This document shows positions 1 through 13,200 of a DNA stretch of 64,000 nt, piece after piece. The stretch lies in NCBI GenBank assembly GCA_001662655.1, contig KV460210.1; one strand, written 5' to 3'. The DNA comes from Pseudogymnoascus verrucosus (taxonomy: Eukaryota). A program made the position numbers and the translations under genes. The notes below the pieces were generated by a model. That model worked only from the letters and a program-made list of their open reading frames with translations. It had not been told where the DNA came from and did not search any database. Position 1 is the stretch's first letter; the number at the start of each line of letters is the position of its first letter.

Positions 1-1
1 T

Positions 2-373
2 CGCGTCTACGAAGTCCTCACGCGTCTGCGCGGCCGCATCTTATCCGAAGCGCTTAATGAAGGAACACCCTTCTACACCATCCTCTCCCTGCTCCCGGTG
101 GCAGCGAGTTTCGGCTTCTCTGACGAGATGAGGAAGAGGACGGCGGGGCTGGCGAGTCCGCAGTTGAAGTTCGCGGGCTTTGAGGTACTGGATGAAGATC
201 CCTTCTGGGAGCCGAGGACGGAGGAGGAGTTGGAGGATTTGGGGGAGTTTGGGGATAGGGAGAATGTGGCGAAGAGGTATGTGGATGGGGTGAGGGAGAG
301 GAAGGGGCTGTTGGTTAGGGGGAGGGGGAAGGGGATGGGGGAGGGGGAGAAGGGGAGGACTTTGAAGAGGTAG
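2..373 (+). CDS. RIA1: Ribosome biogenesis GTPase RIA1/EFL1, C-terminal end (partial at window edge)
   Basis: Frame open from base 2: RVYEVLTRLRGRILSE..EGTPFYTILSLLPVAASFGFSDEMRKRTAGLASPQLKFAGFE..DPFWEPRTEEELEDLG..RKGL..RTLKR, the characteristic EFL1 domain V/C-terminus. Confidence 0.9.
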   Translation, partial: RVYEVLTRLRGRILSEALNEGTPFYTILSLLPVAASFGFSDEMRKRTAGLASPQLKFAGFEVLDEDPFWEPRTEEELEDLGEFGDRENVAKRYVDGVRERKGLLVRGRGKGMGEGEKGRTLKR

Positions 374-905
374 TGGGGGTGTTAAGCTACAGTAAACGTA
401 AATTTAGGGGGGGTTTTAGAATCTCTGAAATGTTGTCTCCACAACCGTCAGGGTATCAGTTTAAAAATTATGGGCCGGCATCCCTTCGGCAGTTACTCTT
501 AGCACTACAACCAGCTTATAAATCGAAAAGCATTGTAGATTAAAAGGCACATTTTTTCGCTCCTTTTTATCAAAATTTCGTTGCTTTGTCAGCTTGATAT
601 TCGCCTGGGTGGATATGGCGGGGTCATCCCTTGGCGTTGGCGGTGCCGAGGGGTAGTAACCAACAGATTTGGGTGGCCCTCTGGCCAATGAAAATGACAT
701 CATGAGGGGGATATTGGCCTTAAACACACCTTATCGCCAGTTTAGCGGCGAGGGGTATTATTAAGCCATAAGGCCTGTACGCTTTTACGCCAGGCGCATA
801 CTTTTGTTGCTGGGGTGTATATATTGCGATTTTCTCCTCTTCTCTCGGGTCTGTTTGTCTGTTTGAAAAGTAGTTCGGTTTTCTTCTGTTTATAGACAGC
901 TTTGA

Positions 906-2312
<1,407 letters not shown>

Positions 2313-4326
2313 AGGGGGGGGTCAGAAGTTAGATAGGGGCATAGATCTGAAGATAGATGGATAGATCTTACTTTTCGGTTCTCAGATAGAGTATTATGGA
2401 AGCCTTATTCCTGCCGCAGACACTTATATCAAACGAGACAAGCCTTGCCAGCGACAGTCTATTCTTTGGAAAATGAACGTTTTGCAAACCTGGAACCGTA
2501 GGGGGGCTTGCGCTTTCATTCGGATACATCACTATTATAGCCGAAATTCCCACTTCGAAGTGTAGCTCGATTCCTGCCACCAGTATCCTTACCGCTCTGT
2601 TCCTGTCACCGTATTCCTTTCACCGTGTACCTATCACCGTATTCCTACCACCGCGGTCGGGAGAACACTCTGTTCCTGCGTCCTCTTTCTTCTTTCATTC
2701 CGACCCTTCCTTTACGGGTGGGGCTCACTCTAATAAAACCCACTCAAGCATTGTACTCGACCGGCGTTTTTATCAAGGTAGACTTGAGGTGAGACTTGTT
2801 ATATATCCATCCCCGCGCCTTGATTTCATTTTGCAAGCGCCCAATGCACTTCAAGTGGCTTGATATATGGGACGATCCCTTGTCCCCGTGTCTCTACCAC
2901 CGTATTCCTGCCGCGATGCCACCCGCCAGCGTTCCTGTCATAAGAAGTGCGTCTTCCGTAGTATTCATACTGAGACGCTCTTTCCTCCACATCCCTTTTT
3001 CCCGTGTTTCTGCCGCCGGATTGCTAGCGTCATGGTCCTGCTGCCACGTTCCTGCCGCCACAACTCTCATCCACCACCGCCGCGCCGACAACCCCTTTAC
3101 TCCTTCCACATCACAACCACAACAACCGTTCCTTCCCTCTCACTTCAACAAACACATACAGCCCATCTTCCCACCCCCACCGGTTCGCTTCTTCTCGCCA
3201 AAACCTCGTCTCCATGAGATTTATTCGGTTCCTTTAACTTCCAAAAAACCAATATCTCGTCCTACAGACGTCGGGGAGAGTTCTCATACAAGGCAAAAAA
3301 AAATGCAAAAAATAGAGGATTCTCCTAGAAAGGGGGAAATACCCACACCCAACCACTGCATACACCTGTTAAGTGCAATTGAACTTCGTGGGTCCTCCAG
3401 GATGATTGACAGGTACTTGAGCGGGCCAAACGAGTGCAGATCGCTGTTATGCTCCTTCAGCCAGCCAACCATCCCAATTAATATGTAAAAGATAAACAAT
3501 ATTATATAGTTAGCTCCAAAGTCAACTTTATGGCTTCATTTGCAAATACAGCAAGTAGCAATGCTTTTTATAACTTGAGATCAAATATGAGAAGAGCTCT
3601 CATATTGAAGAATAATTTGGGAAAACTAGAAGAGTTGAAAGCAATGCTGTGGTGCGGAGTAAATAGAGAGTTGTTCTGCTGCATCTGCATGCAAAGAGGG
3701 CGGCGAGGGCGGCGATGGAGGAGGGGGCGTGACATGAGCGCTCACTAGAGCGCCATCCAAGCACGGCGTGTGAATTGACATATGAGAAACACCCACAGAA
3801 CAAATACTCTGCCATCTTAAACATCCTTTTTATGTGAAAATGAGTGCTCTAGGGACTGGATAAAAGAATTGTATATTATTTAGTGGGTGTCATCGCGGTT
3901 TTAAGTGAGTATCTGGAAGAGTCATACCGTTCACCTCATATTTGGATATGGCCTAATCGGGTAGGCTAACAAACCCGTGACTGTGTTCTCACAACAACTT
4001 TCGATATATCACTTATTAGCTTATGAAATTTAACATGTAGTCAAGTTTAAATATAATAATACTCTTCTTAGACCATTCATTCGACCTCCACAGAGTGGAT
4101 ATTCCTATAATGGGGCTGGTGATAATTATGAGCACGTGATAGAATATTATTATATTACGCAAGGTTGTGGTGTTAGAGTTGCTGTTTTTAGCTTGCATTG
4201 TCTGTCGAACATCTACTATGTCTCTCACATTGCCGCTTCTTGTGAAAATTAAAACTCCTAACAAGTAGCAAACCCATTTAACGTATGTGTCCTATGCTCC
4301 CTTATGCATCCGCCAGCCTCCTCGAG

Positions 4327-5668
4327 TCAGCTTTTGTTAGCCTTTCTAGCTGATGCAGACACATTAGTCGTATGCTTAGACGGCAGTTTAAACCCTTCTC
4401 CGTACCGCTCCATAAATTGCGAATCTCGCCCTTCTCTCTCCATATCGTCTGAGGCAGTTGCAGTCTCGCCTCCTAATCGCGGCTCCCTTTCATTAGTGGT
4501 ATTGATGGTGATGGTAACCATATCTCGCGATATCTGTCGGACAGTCTCGTTGTCAAGATAGCCACCTATTTGCCTCGACCTCCACCCAACCGCCCGATTT
4601 GTACCATGAAGAGTCTTTCCATTAGCTGAAACCATGACTTGCACCGCATCGCCCGTTGCATGATTCTCAATGATACTTATATTTTGCTCTAAATGGTTGC
4701 CTGCCGTGGATAGTATATCCATAGACTTCCGCGTTGACTGCCACTCTTCCCGCAACCTAGTAATGTCGGCTGCATTCTCTTGAGAGAAGGTGGCAGGCTC
4801 CAGCTTGTTCATTAGCCTATCAAAGAGCTGCTTCTCGTGGCTGGCCAACTGTTGGGCCATTCGAGCAAGACTGCCCTTGCACTCCTTTAGGCCATCGTTG
4901 GTGATTTTCTCAGGTATAGAGCTCGGGCCGTCAGCCGCATTAGCGCCAGCATTATGTAGAGTTGTGCGATGAATTTGGTCAATGTGTTCAGAGAGCTGGG
5001 AACAGATCTGTAGACATTTTTGTGTACTTAGGCGCTCGTCCTTTATCCGCTTCACTTCAGATGCGTTTAGTTCTGATCCAGCTACATTTTGACTAAGTAT
5101 ACGCTCAAGCTTCTCGTCCATTCTCTCAAGGTGATCCTCAAGGCCAGCTCTAGCGGTATCAAGGAGATCGTTATAGCTCTCAACGCTTTCAGCTGTAAGG
5201 GCAGACAGTCGACTGTGGAATTTTAAGGTCAGCGACTACTATAATGCACCAAGCGGCATCATCAGATACTTACAGATTTGCATCAGAGAGAGCAATAGTT
5301 ATAGTCATCTTGTAGCCGGATAGAACTCGTCTAAAGCTGTCAATGTCGTCCCCCATATACCTCAACCTAGCCCAATCTCGGAAGCTCGTACGGCTGCCGC
5401 TCGACCGCTGAGAACATTTGTGTATTTCTTGCTCGAACTCTTCGCAGGCCTTGCCGCATCGCCGAAGAGGAACCTCGAGAGCAGTAAGATCTAGGTCAGT
5501 AGAGCTTATCGTCTCCGTAAGTGAGCCTAGCACTCCACTTAATGCGCTGGTCTCTCTTGCGAAATCCCGTACGCGCTCTTGGTGAGAATTAAAGCTGTCA
5601 ACTGTCTTGTAGAGCGCGACGCTTGCCTGGAGGGCGAACGTGGCCAGATCTACTAACCCAGAGGCCAT
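4327..5668 (-). CDS. HeLo-like/PigL-N (fungal STAND N-terminal) domain protein, 2 exons
   Basis: Hydrophobic N-terminal helix MASGLVDLATFALQASVALY, then L..PL.RC..AC.EF..SFRDWARLRYMG.DI..F...L.GYK.TI.IAL typical of Helo_like_N; intron 5273-5213 (GTAAGT..CTGAC..CAG) joins it in frame to ORF 4327-5121. Confidence 0.75.
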
Positions 5669-6209
5669 TGTAAAACAAAGGCTACTCTAATGCAACAAAG
5701 TAAAGTTAGGACACAACACTTTTGCGATACAGACCTCAGGATTAAGTAGGATGATATTGTTGTCGTGGTTCTACAAAGCGTTCATGTTTTCATGTAGTGC
5801 TTTGCGCTACAACTAGACGGAGCGGGGTGTGATATTCCTTGGCGATTCTCTTGGGCGGGGTCACGTTGGACCGAGGAGACACAAGTTGTGGAGGTCAGAA
5901 AGCGGCGGAATGCCTGTGCACGAGCGTTGCCTAATTAGGTAGGCACTAAGCTTAGGCGGGTCAAACACCACAATCTAGATTATAAGTTTATATAAGGTTG
6001 TGGTGTTGGAGCGGCCGTTTTCGGCTGGTGTTAGTTGCTGCTTTACGCAGCCCTGAACACCAACATCTCATCACGTGCCTAGCTTGTGGTAAGTACCTTC
6101 ACATAGTAATTTGTATATAAAGGTACATAAATATGCCATTATCCGAAATTATCACCTCACCCCCACCCTCACTCCCACGCTCGCTTTCGGGGGCTTCTGG
6201 GTCTGGAAT

Positions 6210-6325
6210 CAGCAAGGAGGACACAGGCGGTGGCTATGGCAAGGTGTCTACCAGGGCATGGATCTGGCAAGAACGCCTCCTTGCTGAAAGAACGATATTC
6301 TTCACCCCTTCTGCCCTAAAATTCG
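6210..6325 (+). pseudogene. HET-domain (PF06985-like) gene fragment
   Basis: GKVSTRAWIWQERLLAERTIFFTPSALKF matches the L.TRAW..QERLL..R.L.F block of fungal HET-domain proteins; truncated by the transposon relic that follows. Confidence 0.6.
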
Positions 6326-6835
6326 CAGCTCAAACTCCAGAGGAATTGGGAGGCCAGCTTTGCGGAGCTGGGCCAGTGCCTTCTTCCGGAGGCGCTCTTC
6401 CTTCCGGGCCTCAACTCCAGCTCTACGGAGCTGCCTCTGGGCCCGGTTTGCAGCCTGGCGGGCTACCCGAGCTTCTTTGGCTCGGAGCTTCCGGGCCTGA
6501 AGCTCGTAAGCGTGGGTAGCTGTAAACTCACCTCCAACCTGAAGTCGGTCCCGGCTCCGGCTTGCCCGCTTCTTCGAGTCCTCCACCTGCCTCCGAACAG
6601 CCCGTAGGTCTAGCTCTTGGAGCTGACCTGCCACTACTACGTCTTCTGTGCTGGCAAGCCAATTCTGGTAGCTCTCCTTCGAGGGGCTGCTAAAGCCTCT
6701 ATAACCCAGTGTTTCCAGTGCTGTAGCCCCTCTTCTACCCACTGAAGAGTGGAGGGTTTAGGTGTAGAAACCTAGATTGGCAGTGCAGGTGTAGGCTCTG
6801 TAGTAGGCAGGATGTAATTCAGCGCTAAATTCTAG
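6326..6835 (-). mobile_element. Degenerate pogo/Fot1-like DNA transposase C-terminal fragment
   Basis: KKRASRSRDRLQVGGEFTA..RRAGVEARKEERLRKK..GLPIP resembles the basic helical tail of fungal pogo transposases; no DDE core or intact start. Confidence 0.5.
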
Positions 6836-7346
6836 AATGTTCTACACTGTAAGGCCAATCTCAACCCCAGTCAGAAGTTCATCCTTTTGTACTACAGTTT
6901 TATTTAATTACGCCAATCGTTGCGATGCAAAGCTCTCCAGTCATGATACTTTTCTTAGTCGCCCATCTCATTGCTCCCAAGTGTGGTCGCAACCCAGAGC
7001 GTCGCTTTGCGCATTGATCGGCAATGGAGTGATCAACCTGCATAGACCTGGCAGGACATGACTTGAACACGCGCAGGAAAACCTAGTAAGTACTTAGGCA
7101 ACCTTTATTGTCAATAGGTTCCCAGGCGACACCGTGAGGAAGAGAGCAGGGAAGAATCCTTACCGTAGCCGGACTTCAGCCGCAGCCTTATTACATTAGG
7201 CGGATGCAACTGTACGTTACGGGCGAATAAGAAATACCCCTCACTATTAACGACGAGATGGTGCTGGCACCAACTTACGAGAGGAAGTGCAATATAGGCT
7301 CTCGCTGGCGCCTTCCCCACCTTTGTAGCTTCCACGGTCCATCGCG

Positions 7347-10300
7347 ATGTCATATCCCAAACAACCAGGCAGGTCTAGCAAGCAACTAGGAAACATTTAT
7401 ACGAACGAAAACGCAATAGTCCACGTTGGGGATATACACCATATCGGTAAGCCCTTTTAGATATCAAAGAGGAAAACCACTGACACACGATAGGCCGAGA
7501 GGATCCCCTCGACCTCCTCCCATTTGCAACAAATGCACCGTTTAACTCCTACGACGGCCAACACGAACCCACCTGCCTTCCCGACACTCGCGTTGACCTT
7601 CTACAACAAATATATGATTGGGCGGATAGACAAGATGAGCGATGTATCTTCTGGCTAAATGGCTTAGCTGGCACAGGAAAATCAACAGTTGCGCGCACTG
7701 TCGCCCGCAGATTTTATGAGCAGAAGTGCCTTGGAGCCAGCTTCTTCTTCTCAATAGGTGGTGGAGATGTGAGCCATGCTGGCAAGTTCTTTACCAGTCT
7801 TGCTGTGCAGCTCGCGTATGCTGTACCATCTCTTCGAGAACATATCTCCGATGCTGTTTCTAAGTGCAAAGATATTGCGAACCAGTCCCTCCACGACCAG
7901 TGGCGCCAACTTGTCCTCCACCCATTATCAAAGCTGGACGACAACAGTCGCCAATGCTCATATATCTTGATAGTTGATGCGCTTGATGAGTGTAAGGACG
8001 ATAATAATATACGGATTATTCTGCAGCTCTTAGGTGAGGCTCGGTTGTTAAAGACAGTACGGCTTCGGGTCTTTTTAACAAGCAGACCTGAAATTCCTAT
8101 CCGATACGGTATGCACTATATCCCGCAGGCTGAACATCAGGACTTTGTTCTTCATAGTTTATCTCCATCGACTGTCGATCATGATATTTCAATATTCTTA
8201 GAATATAATCTTGCAGTGATCAGGCGGGAATGGGACCTTGGGCCTGGCTGGCCTGGTAATAAGGTTCTCGAACAGCTAGTTCTAAATGCTAGTGGCCTCT
8301 TCATTTGGGCGGCAACAGTATGTCGATTCATTAGTGAAGGAAAACAATTTGCAGCCAAGAGATTGGATGCTGTCCTTAAAGGCAGTAGCGACGCTGTTAC
8401 TGCACCAGAAAAGCACCTTAACAAGATATACGCTACAGTCCTTGGGCACGCTATTACAACTGAAGGCGCAGCAGAGAGGGAAGAGCTTGTTCACATGCTG
8501 AGACACATTCTTGGAAGTATAGTGGTCTTGTTCTCACCACTTTCTGCCTACTCTTTAAGCAGGCTTCTCCAGGTTAATATACGGCATGTTACCCGGGCAC
8601 TGGAGGGTCTTCATGCTATCTTAGATGTCCCAGAGGATCAAACGCACCCGCTCCGTCTCCATCATCCTTCATTTCGCGACTTCCTCCTTAATAAAGATCG
8701 ATGTGGCGATTTCTGGGTAGATGAAAGGCAGTCACATCAGATATTAGCCGATTATTGTATCCGTCTCATGGCTATATCTCTTAAGAAAGATGTTTCCAGT
8801 CAAGTAGTCCCTGGCACATATGTGGCTAACGTGGAGATTAGTCAAGTAGAGCAATTTCTTCCTCCAGAGGAGAATTACGCATGTCTGTACTGGATCGGGC
8901 ATCTTCAGAGGAGTAATACTCAGTTTTACGACAATGACCAAGTCCACATGTTCCTCCAGCTACATCTCCTTCACTGGCTTGAGGCACTTAGCTGGATGGG
9001 AAAGACTTCAGAAGGGATACTTGCAATATTATCCTTAGAGGCACTTGTTCCGGTAAGCCTTCGCTATAATATACTATAGAACCTTGACTTATCTATATCA
9101 AGGCTGGACAATGTCCCAATCTATACGCGTTTGTCCATGATGCAAAGCGATTTGCCCTGTACAACCGGTCAGTCTTCGAGCAGGCTCCCCTCGAGATATA
9201 TTCTAGTGCACTCTTATCCGCACCAACAAGGAGCATAGTGAGAAGACTGTTTAGGGACCAAGTACCCTACTGGATTCAGACATCGCCTAAAGTCCCAGAG
9301 GATTGGAGTTCCCTGCTACAAACGCTAAAAGGTCATTCGGATATTGTTAGCGCTGTTTCCTTCTCGCCAGACAGCAAGATGCTAGCATCGTCATCAAGGG
9401 ACAAGACTGCTCGGTTATGGGATGCAATCACAGGCGCTCTTCTGCAGACGCTAGAGGGCCATTCAAGCTTCGTTAATGCTGTTACCTTTTCACCTGACAG
9501 TAGACAGTTGGCGTCAGCATCAAGCGACAAGACTGTTTGTTTATGGGACGTAGTTACAGGGGCAGTATTACATACTCTCAAGGGCCATTCGAATGATGTA
9601 ACTGCTGTTGCCTTTTCGCCTGACAGTAGACAGCTGGCGTCAGCATCAACAGATGAAACAGTCAAGCTTTGGGATGCAGCTACAGGCGCTCCTCTGCAGA
9701 CGTTAGAGGGCCATTCAAGCTTCGTTAATGCTGTTGCCTTTTCACCTGACAGTAGACAGTTGGCGTCAGCATCAACAGATAAAACAGTCAAGCTTTGGGA
9801 TGCAGCTACAGGCGCTCTTCTACAGACGTTAGAGGGCCATTCAAGCTTCGTCAATGCTGTTGCCTTTTCACCTGATAGTAGACAGTTGGCGTCAGCATCA
9901 GCGGATAAAACAGTCAAGCTTTGGGACATAACTGTAGGTACAGTTTCGCAGATGCTGAAGGGCCATTTGAACGACGTAACTGCTGTTGCCTTTTCGCCTG
10001 ACGGTGGACAGCTGGCATCAGCATCGAAAGATAAGACAATAAATTTATGGGATCCATTGATGAAATCAGTGGCGCAGACACAAGAGGGAGCTTATAAGTC
10101 CTCGTTTCTTCAAGCCCAGAGATCAACTGACGAGATATCTTCAAACTTGGAGCGCGCCGACGCTAAGGAGAGTATCGAGCCCCAGATTAGAGTTCATGGC
10201 ACATTTTCAGATTCCGGATTTGCCTCGATGTCATCTTTAGCCGCTCCTAGTATAAGTAATCGTGTTGGCCAAACCCCAATTCAAGATAAACACAATATTG

Positions 10301-12350
10301 ACCAATTGCCAACAACTCCTAGTGATCAAGGGGACAACCAAAGCCCAGAGAATGAGCATAAACCAGGAGCTAGGACTACAGAAGCTGACAATGATGATTT
10401 GCAATCTGTCATTTCTGATAGGGACGAAATCTCCTCGCAAATTTCAACACAAAAAGCACAACAAGAGCTGCTTGCTGAAAAACACTTGGCTACTTTGTTA
10501 GGACAAAATGAAGATCTAAAGCCATTTTATGAAATTGCTTTAGGGCAAATGGAAAAGGAGCGCTTTGTTAACAATTTTCGAAGAATATTAAAGCGGTATT
10601 ATCTCGACCTTTTTCAGTCAGCAAATACAAATCTTGAGCGAGCGACAGTTCAAATATTAAGGAGCAGGTCCACGCGAGTCGGAATAGCGCAAGGTGTTGT
10701 GGATCGACTGACTCCCGAAAGTAATGAGGCTTATACTCAGCTTTTAGCTGATACACAAGACATCGAAGACAAGATTTCCGATTTAGAAAGTTGGATAGCT
10801 AGCAATCCTGGTTTAGTACCACCGCTAGAGCCTCAGGATAGTGGAGATGTAGTAGAAGGACAAGTGGACGACTTAGACAATATTGCCTCTGACAGTGATC
10901 AGGAAGGAGAGGAACAAGTCGTTACAAGTTATCCTTTACCAAATGTCGCGGGGATGGAGAGCTTTCTATTCCAAGGCAACGCATTTCGTTCACTTATAAC
11001 AAACACTTGCCTCTTTCTGCTCCCTGCGTCTCTCATTTCTCTTTCTCGAGTTCTTATGACGATTCCTTATAACAGGATATATTTCTCCTCCGAAGACAAT
11101 CTCTCAATCCTCAATCGAGTTCAAGGATTTGTAGAGGATCACACAGAAGAAAATTGGAATTGGTGGCCACTGCAGCCACGAATGCGGCCGTTAGGAAAAG
11201 ATCAAACGCGAGTATATTGGAAATGCGTAAGAACCTCTAGATAGAGTATTGTGTGGAATTATCTAACAAGATGTAGCACTGCGGCAGAACTCAGTGGGCA
11301 GAGATTTCACTATCTCAAGCAAACTCGTATCGATTAATATTACAAGAAAATAGACCAGTCTTGCAGAACAATCATCTCTGCAGAATCAAGCAGAAAAATT
11401 CGTGGCGCGCTACTTTGGGGAAGATGACCACTAAGACAGTTGGCACTGTCTCTACAAGAACCCAGCCGCTTACGACGCCAGGAATTACTCAACCACTCAC
11501 CCCGACCCCGCAAAGTATACAGCTCAAACCAAGCAGCGGTAGGGTACGCCAGGCTACTAATATCCTCCACAATCCTGCTGAACCTACTACAATTAATCGG
11601 AGTGAAGTTCGGGTTGGAATTAGTGAACTATCAGGAGGCCCATATGTTCTTTTTGGAGTCAAGGGTCCACGACGTACGTTGGAGCTAGAACAAATAGAAG
11701 TCAATGAAAATTCCGACGACAATACTTTTTTCCAAAGTCTGACGCAGGCTTATAGAAAACACCGAGGTTTTTGGCGGTATTGGTTCTCGATCTGGCAACT
11801 TACTCACTGCGATTTTGTAAAGGTTTGTGTAAATCCTTTATATTATATATTGACTGACAATGTCCAGTTTCTAAAGCTTAGAGCAAATCGTATAATTTTT
11901 CATAGCAAGAGTCTTCCAGACGATATAATATACGAATATCGACCTCGTCCGCCCACAGCCGAAAACCCGCCTATCCTCCCACACGAATTTGAGCTAGCTT
12001 TCTCAGCATGCTCTTCTAATTGCCTGCTCTCCACCTTGCACGATTGTGTAGATCCACCCATTGGGAAGTTTGCGGTAGAGCGGATTCCGAAACGGAAAAG
12101 CATGATCCACTTCTCTACTAATAATTTGGAATTTGCGTGGGGTATCCAAGCACAACACGCCATCTCAGCCCTCAGGATGGTAGTATACCATCTCCTTATC
12201 TTCGCTAGCACATTTGGATTTTGGGCGTGGTGGTTGGTATTCCATCCAAATGATTTGCAGAATGCGGCCGTGCCGCTCACCACAATTGTCGTGTTGCTTT
12301 CACTGTTTTGGGGCGCAGCAGGTGTTTTGAAATTTAGGAGGCAGGATTAG
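7347..12350 (+). CDS. Fungal NLR: N-terminal amyloid motif - NACHT - 6x WD40 - long C-terminal domain with terminal hydrophobic segments (~1600 aa, 5 exons)
   Basis: Exons 7347-7446, 7494-9052, 9103-11226, 11277-11822, 11868-12350 splice in frame at GT..AG introns. C.PDTRV..L..I..W, P-loop WLNGLAGTGKST, Walker B ILIVDALDEC, FLTSRPE, ASGLFIWA, LHHPSFRDFL; HET-E/NWD-type WD repeats. Confidence 0.88.
9316..10071 (+). repeat. Six tandem 126-bp high-identity WD40 repeats
   Basis: Unit LQTLEGHSSFVNAVAFSPDSRQLASASTDKTVKLWDAATGAL; repeats 4 and 5 are near-identical at the DNA level. Confidence 0.95.
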
Positions 12351-12964
12351 GTGTGGAGTTGAGTATAGCGAAACGTTCCTGTGCCCTATATTAGAGAGAG
12401 CACAGAGGTGATGGCACAATTCAAGAGGCTAGTATTGGCACATGTTAGGGGTTTGAATCCTTGGGCAGAAGTTTACTTTTGAAGTTTCGCTGCTTAAGAC
12501 GTTCTGGGCTAGCGATGGGGAAGCGCAAGACCTGGAGACATTAGGCAGACCTCATGATGGTCACGGCAGCTCTTCAAAGTCCATCCCCTTGATCACCGAC
12601 TTTGGCTGATCTACGGACCGCATGTATGAAATTGTGTCCGTATCTACATAGCCGGAATTGTCTCCGAGGTTCTGGATGAAGAGCTAGTAATCAAATGATA
12701 TTGAGGACGGGTTGACTGGTCAATATTTCGACCATCCTGGCTTAGATAGGCATCGTGGACATTCACATGGATGGGTTCTGGATCATTATCGAGGAAAATA
12801 AGAACTTCGAACCTAGCCCACGCAACAGGAGGACCAGCTTGGGCTCTTATACTCGGTGCAAGAGTTGAGACTGTTGGCGGGAGCTCGTGGATTGGCGGAG
12901 GGCGAGTTGGATGGGAGGCGTAAGGAACTTTCGCCTCTTTAGTGCCTTTAAGATTAAGTTAGTC

Positions 12965-13200
12965 TGTAACGCTGCTTCCTAAAACGATAGGATACACAGA
13001 GGTTTCTTGCGTAAGGGTTGACTTATCAGAGGAAGCAGGGGATCAGACACAAAGGCTTCAAGTAACGCGTTACAGTATATAACAAATATTATATTGAGTT
13101 GAGCACGAAACTCTAATCTAAGAAATAACTATCTACTTTTGAAGTGGCGTCGTGCCAAGGGATATATGGATAGTATGGATATATTAACATATCCTTCTGT
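12965..13200 (+). mobile_element. Solo-LTR-like repeat, copy 1
   Basis: Starts TGTAAC; aligns over ~230 bp with the reverse complement of 58055-58314. Confidence 0.65.

Noticed and set aside
2796..3488. 230-aa ORF
   Set aside because: Non-ATG start, low complexity, no recognisable domain
9316..10071. CRISPR-like regular repeats
   Set aside because: Contiguous coding WD40 units without spacers, in a eukaryote
7769..11244. NACHT and WD40 ORFs as separate genes
   Set aside because: Joined in frame by the canonical intron 9053-9102
12400..12475. tRNA/SINE B-box-like GGTTTGAATCC
   Set aside because: No cloverleaf or A-box could be built
12500..12940. Possible decayed gene fragment
   Set aside because: Broken frames, no identifiable family
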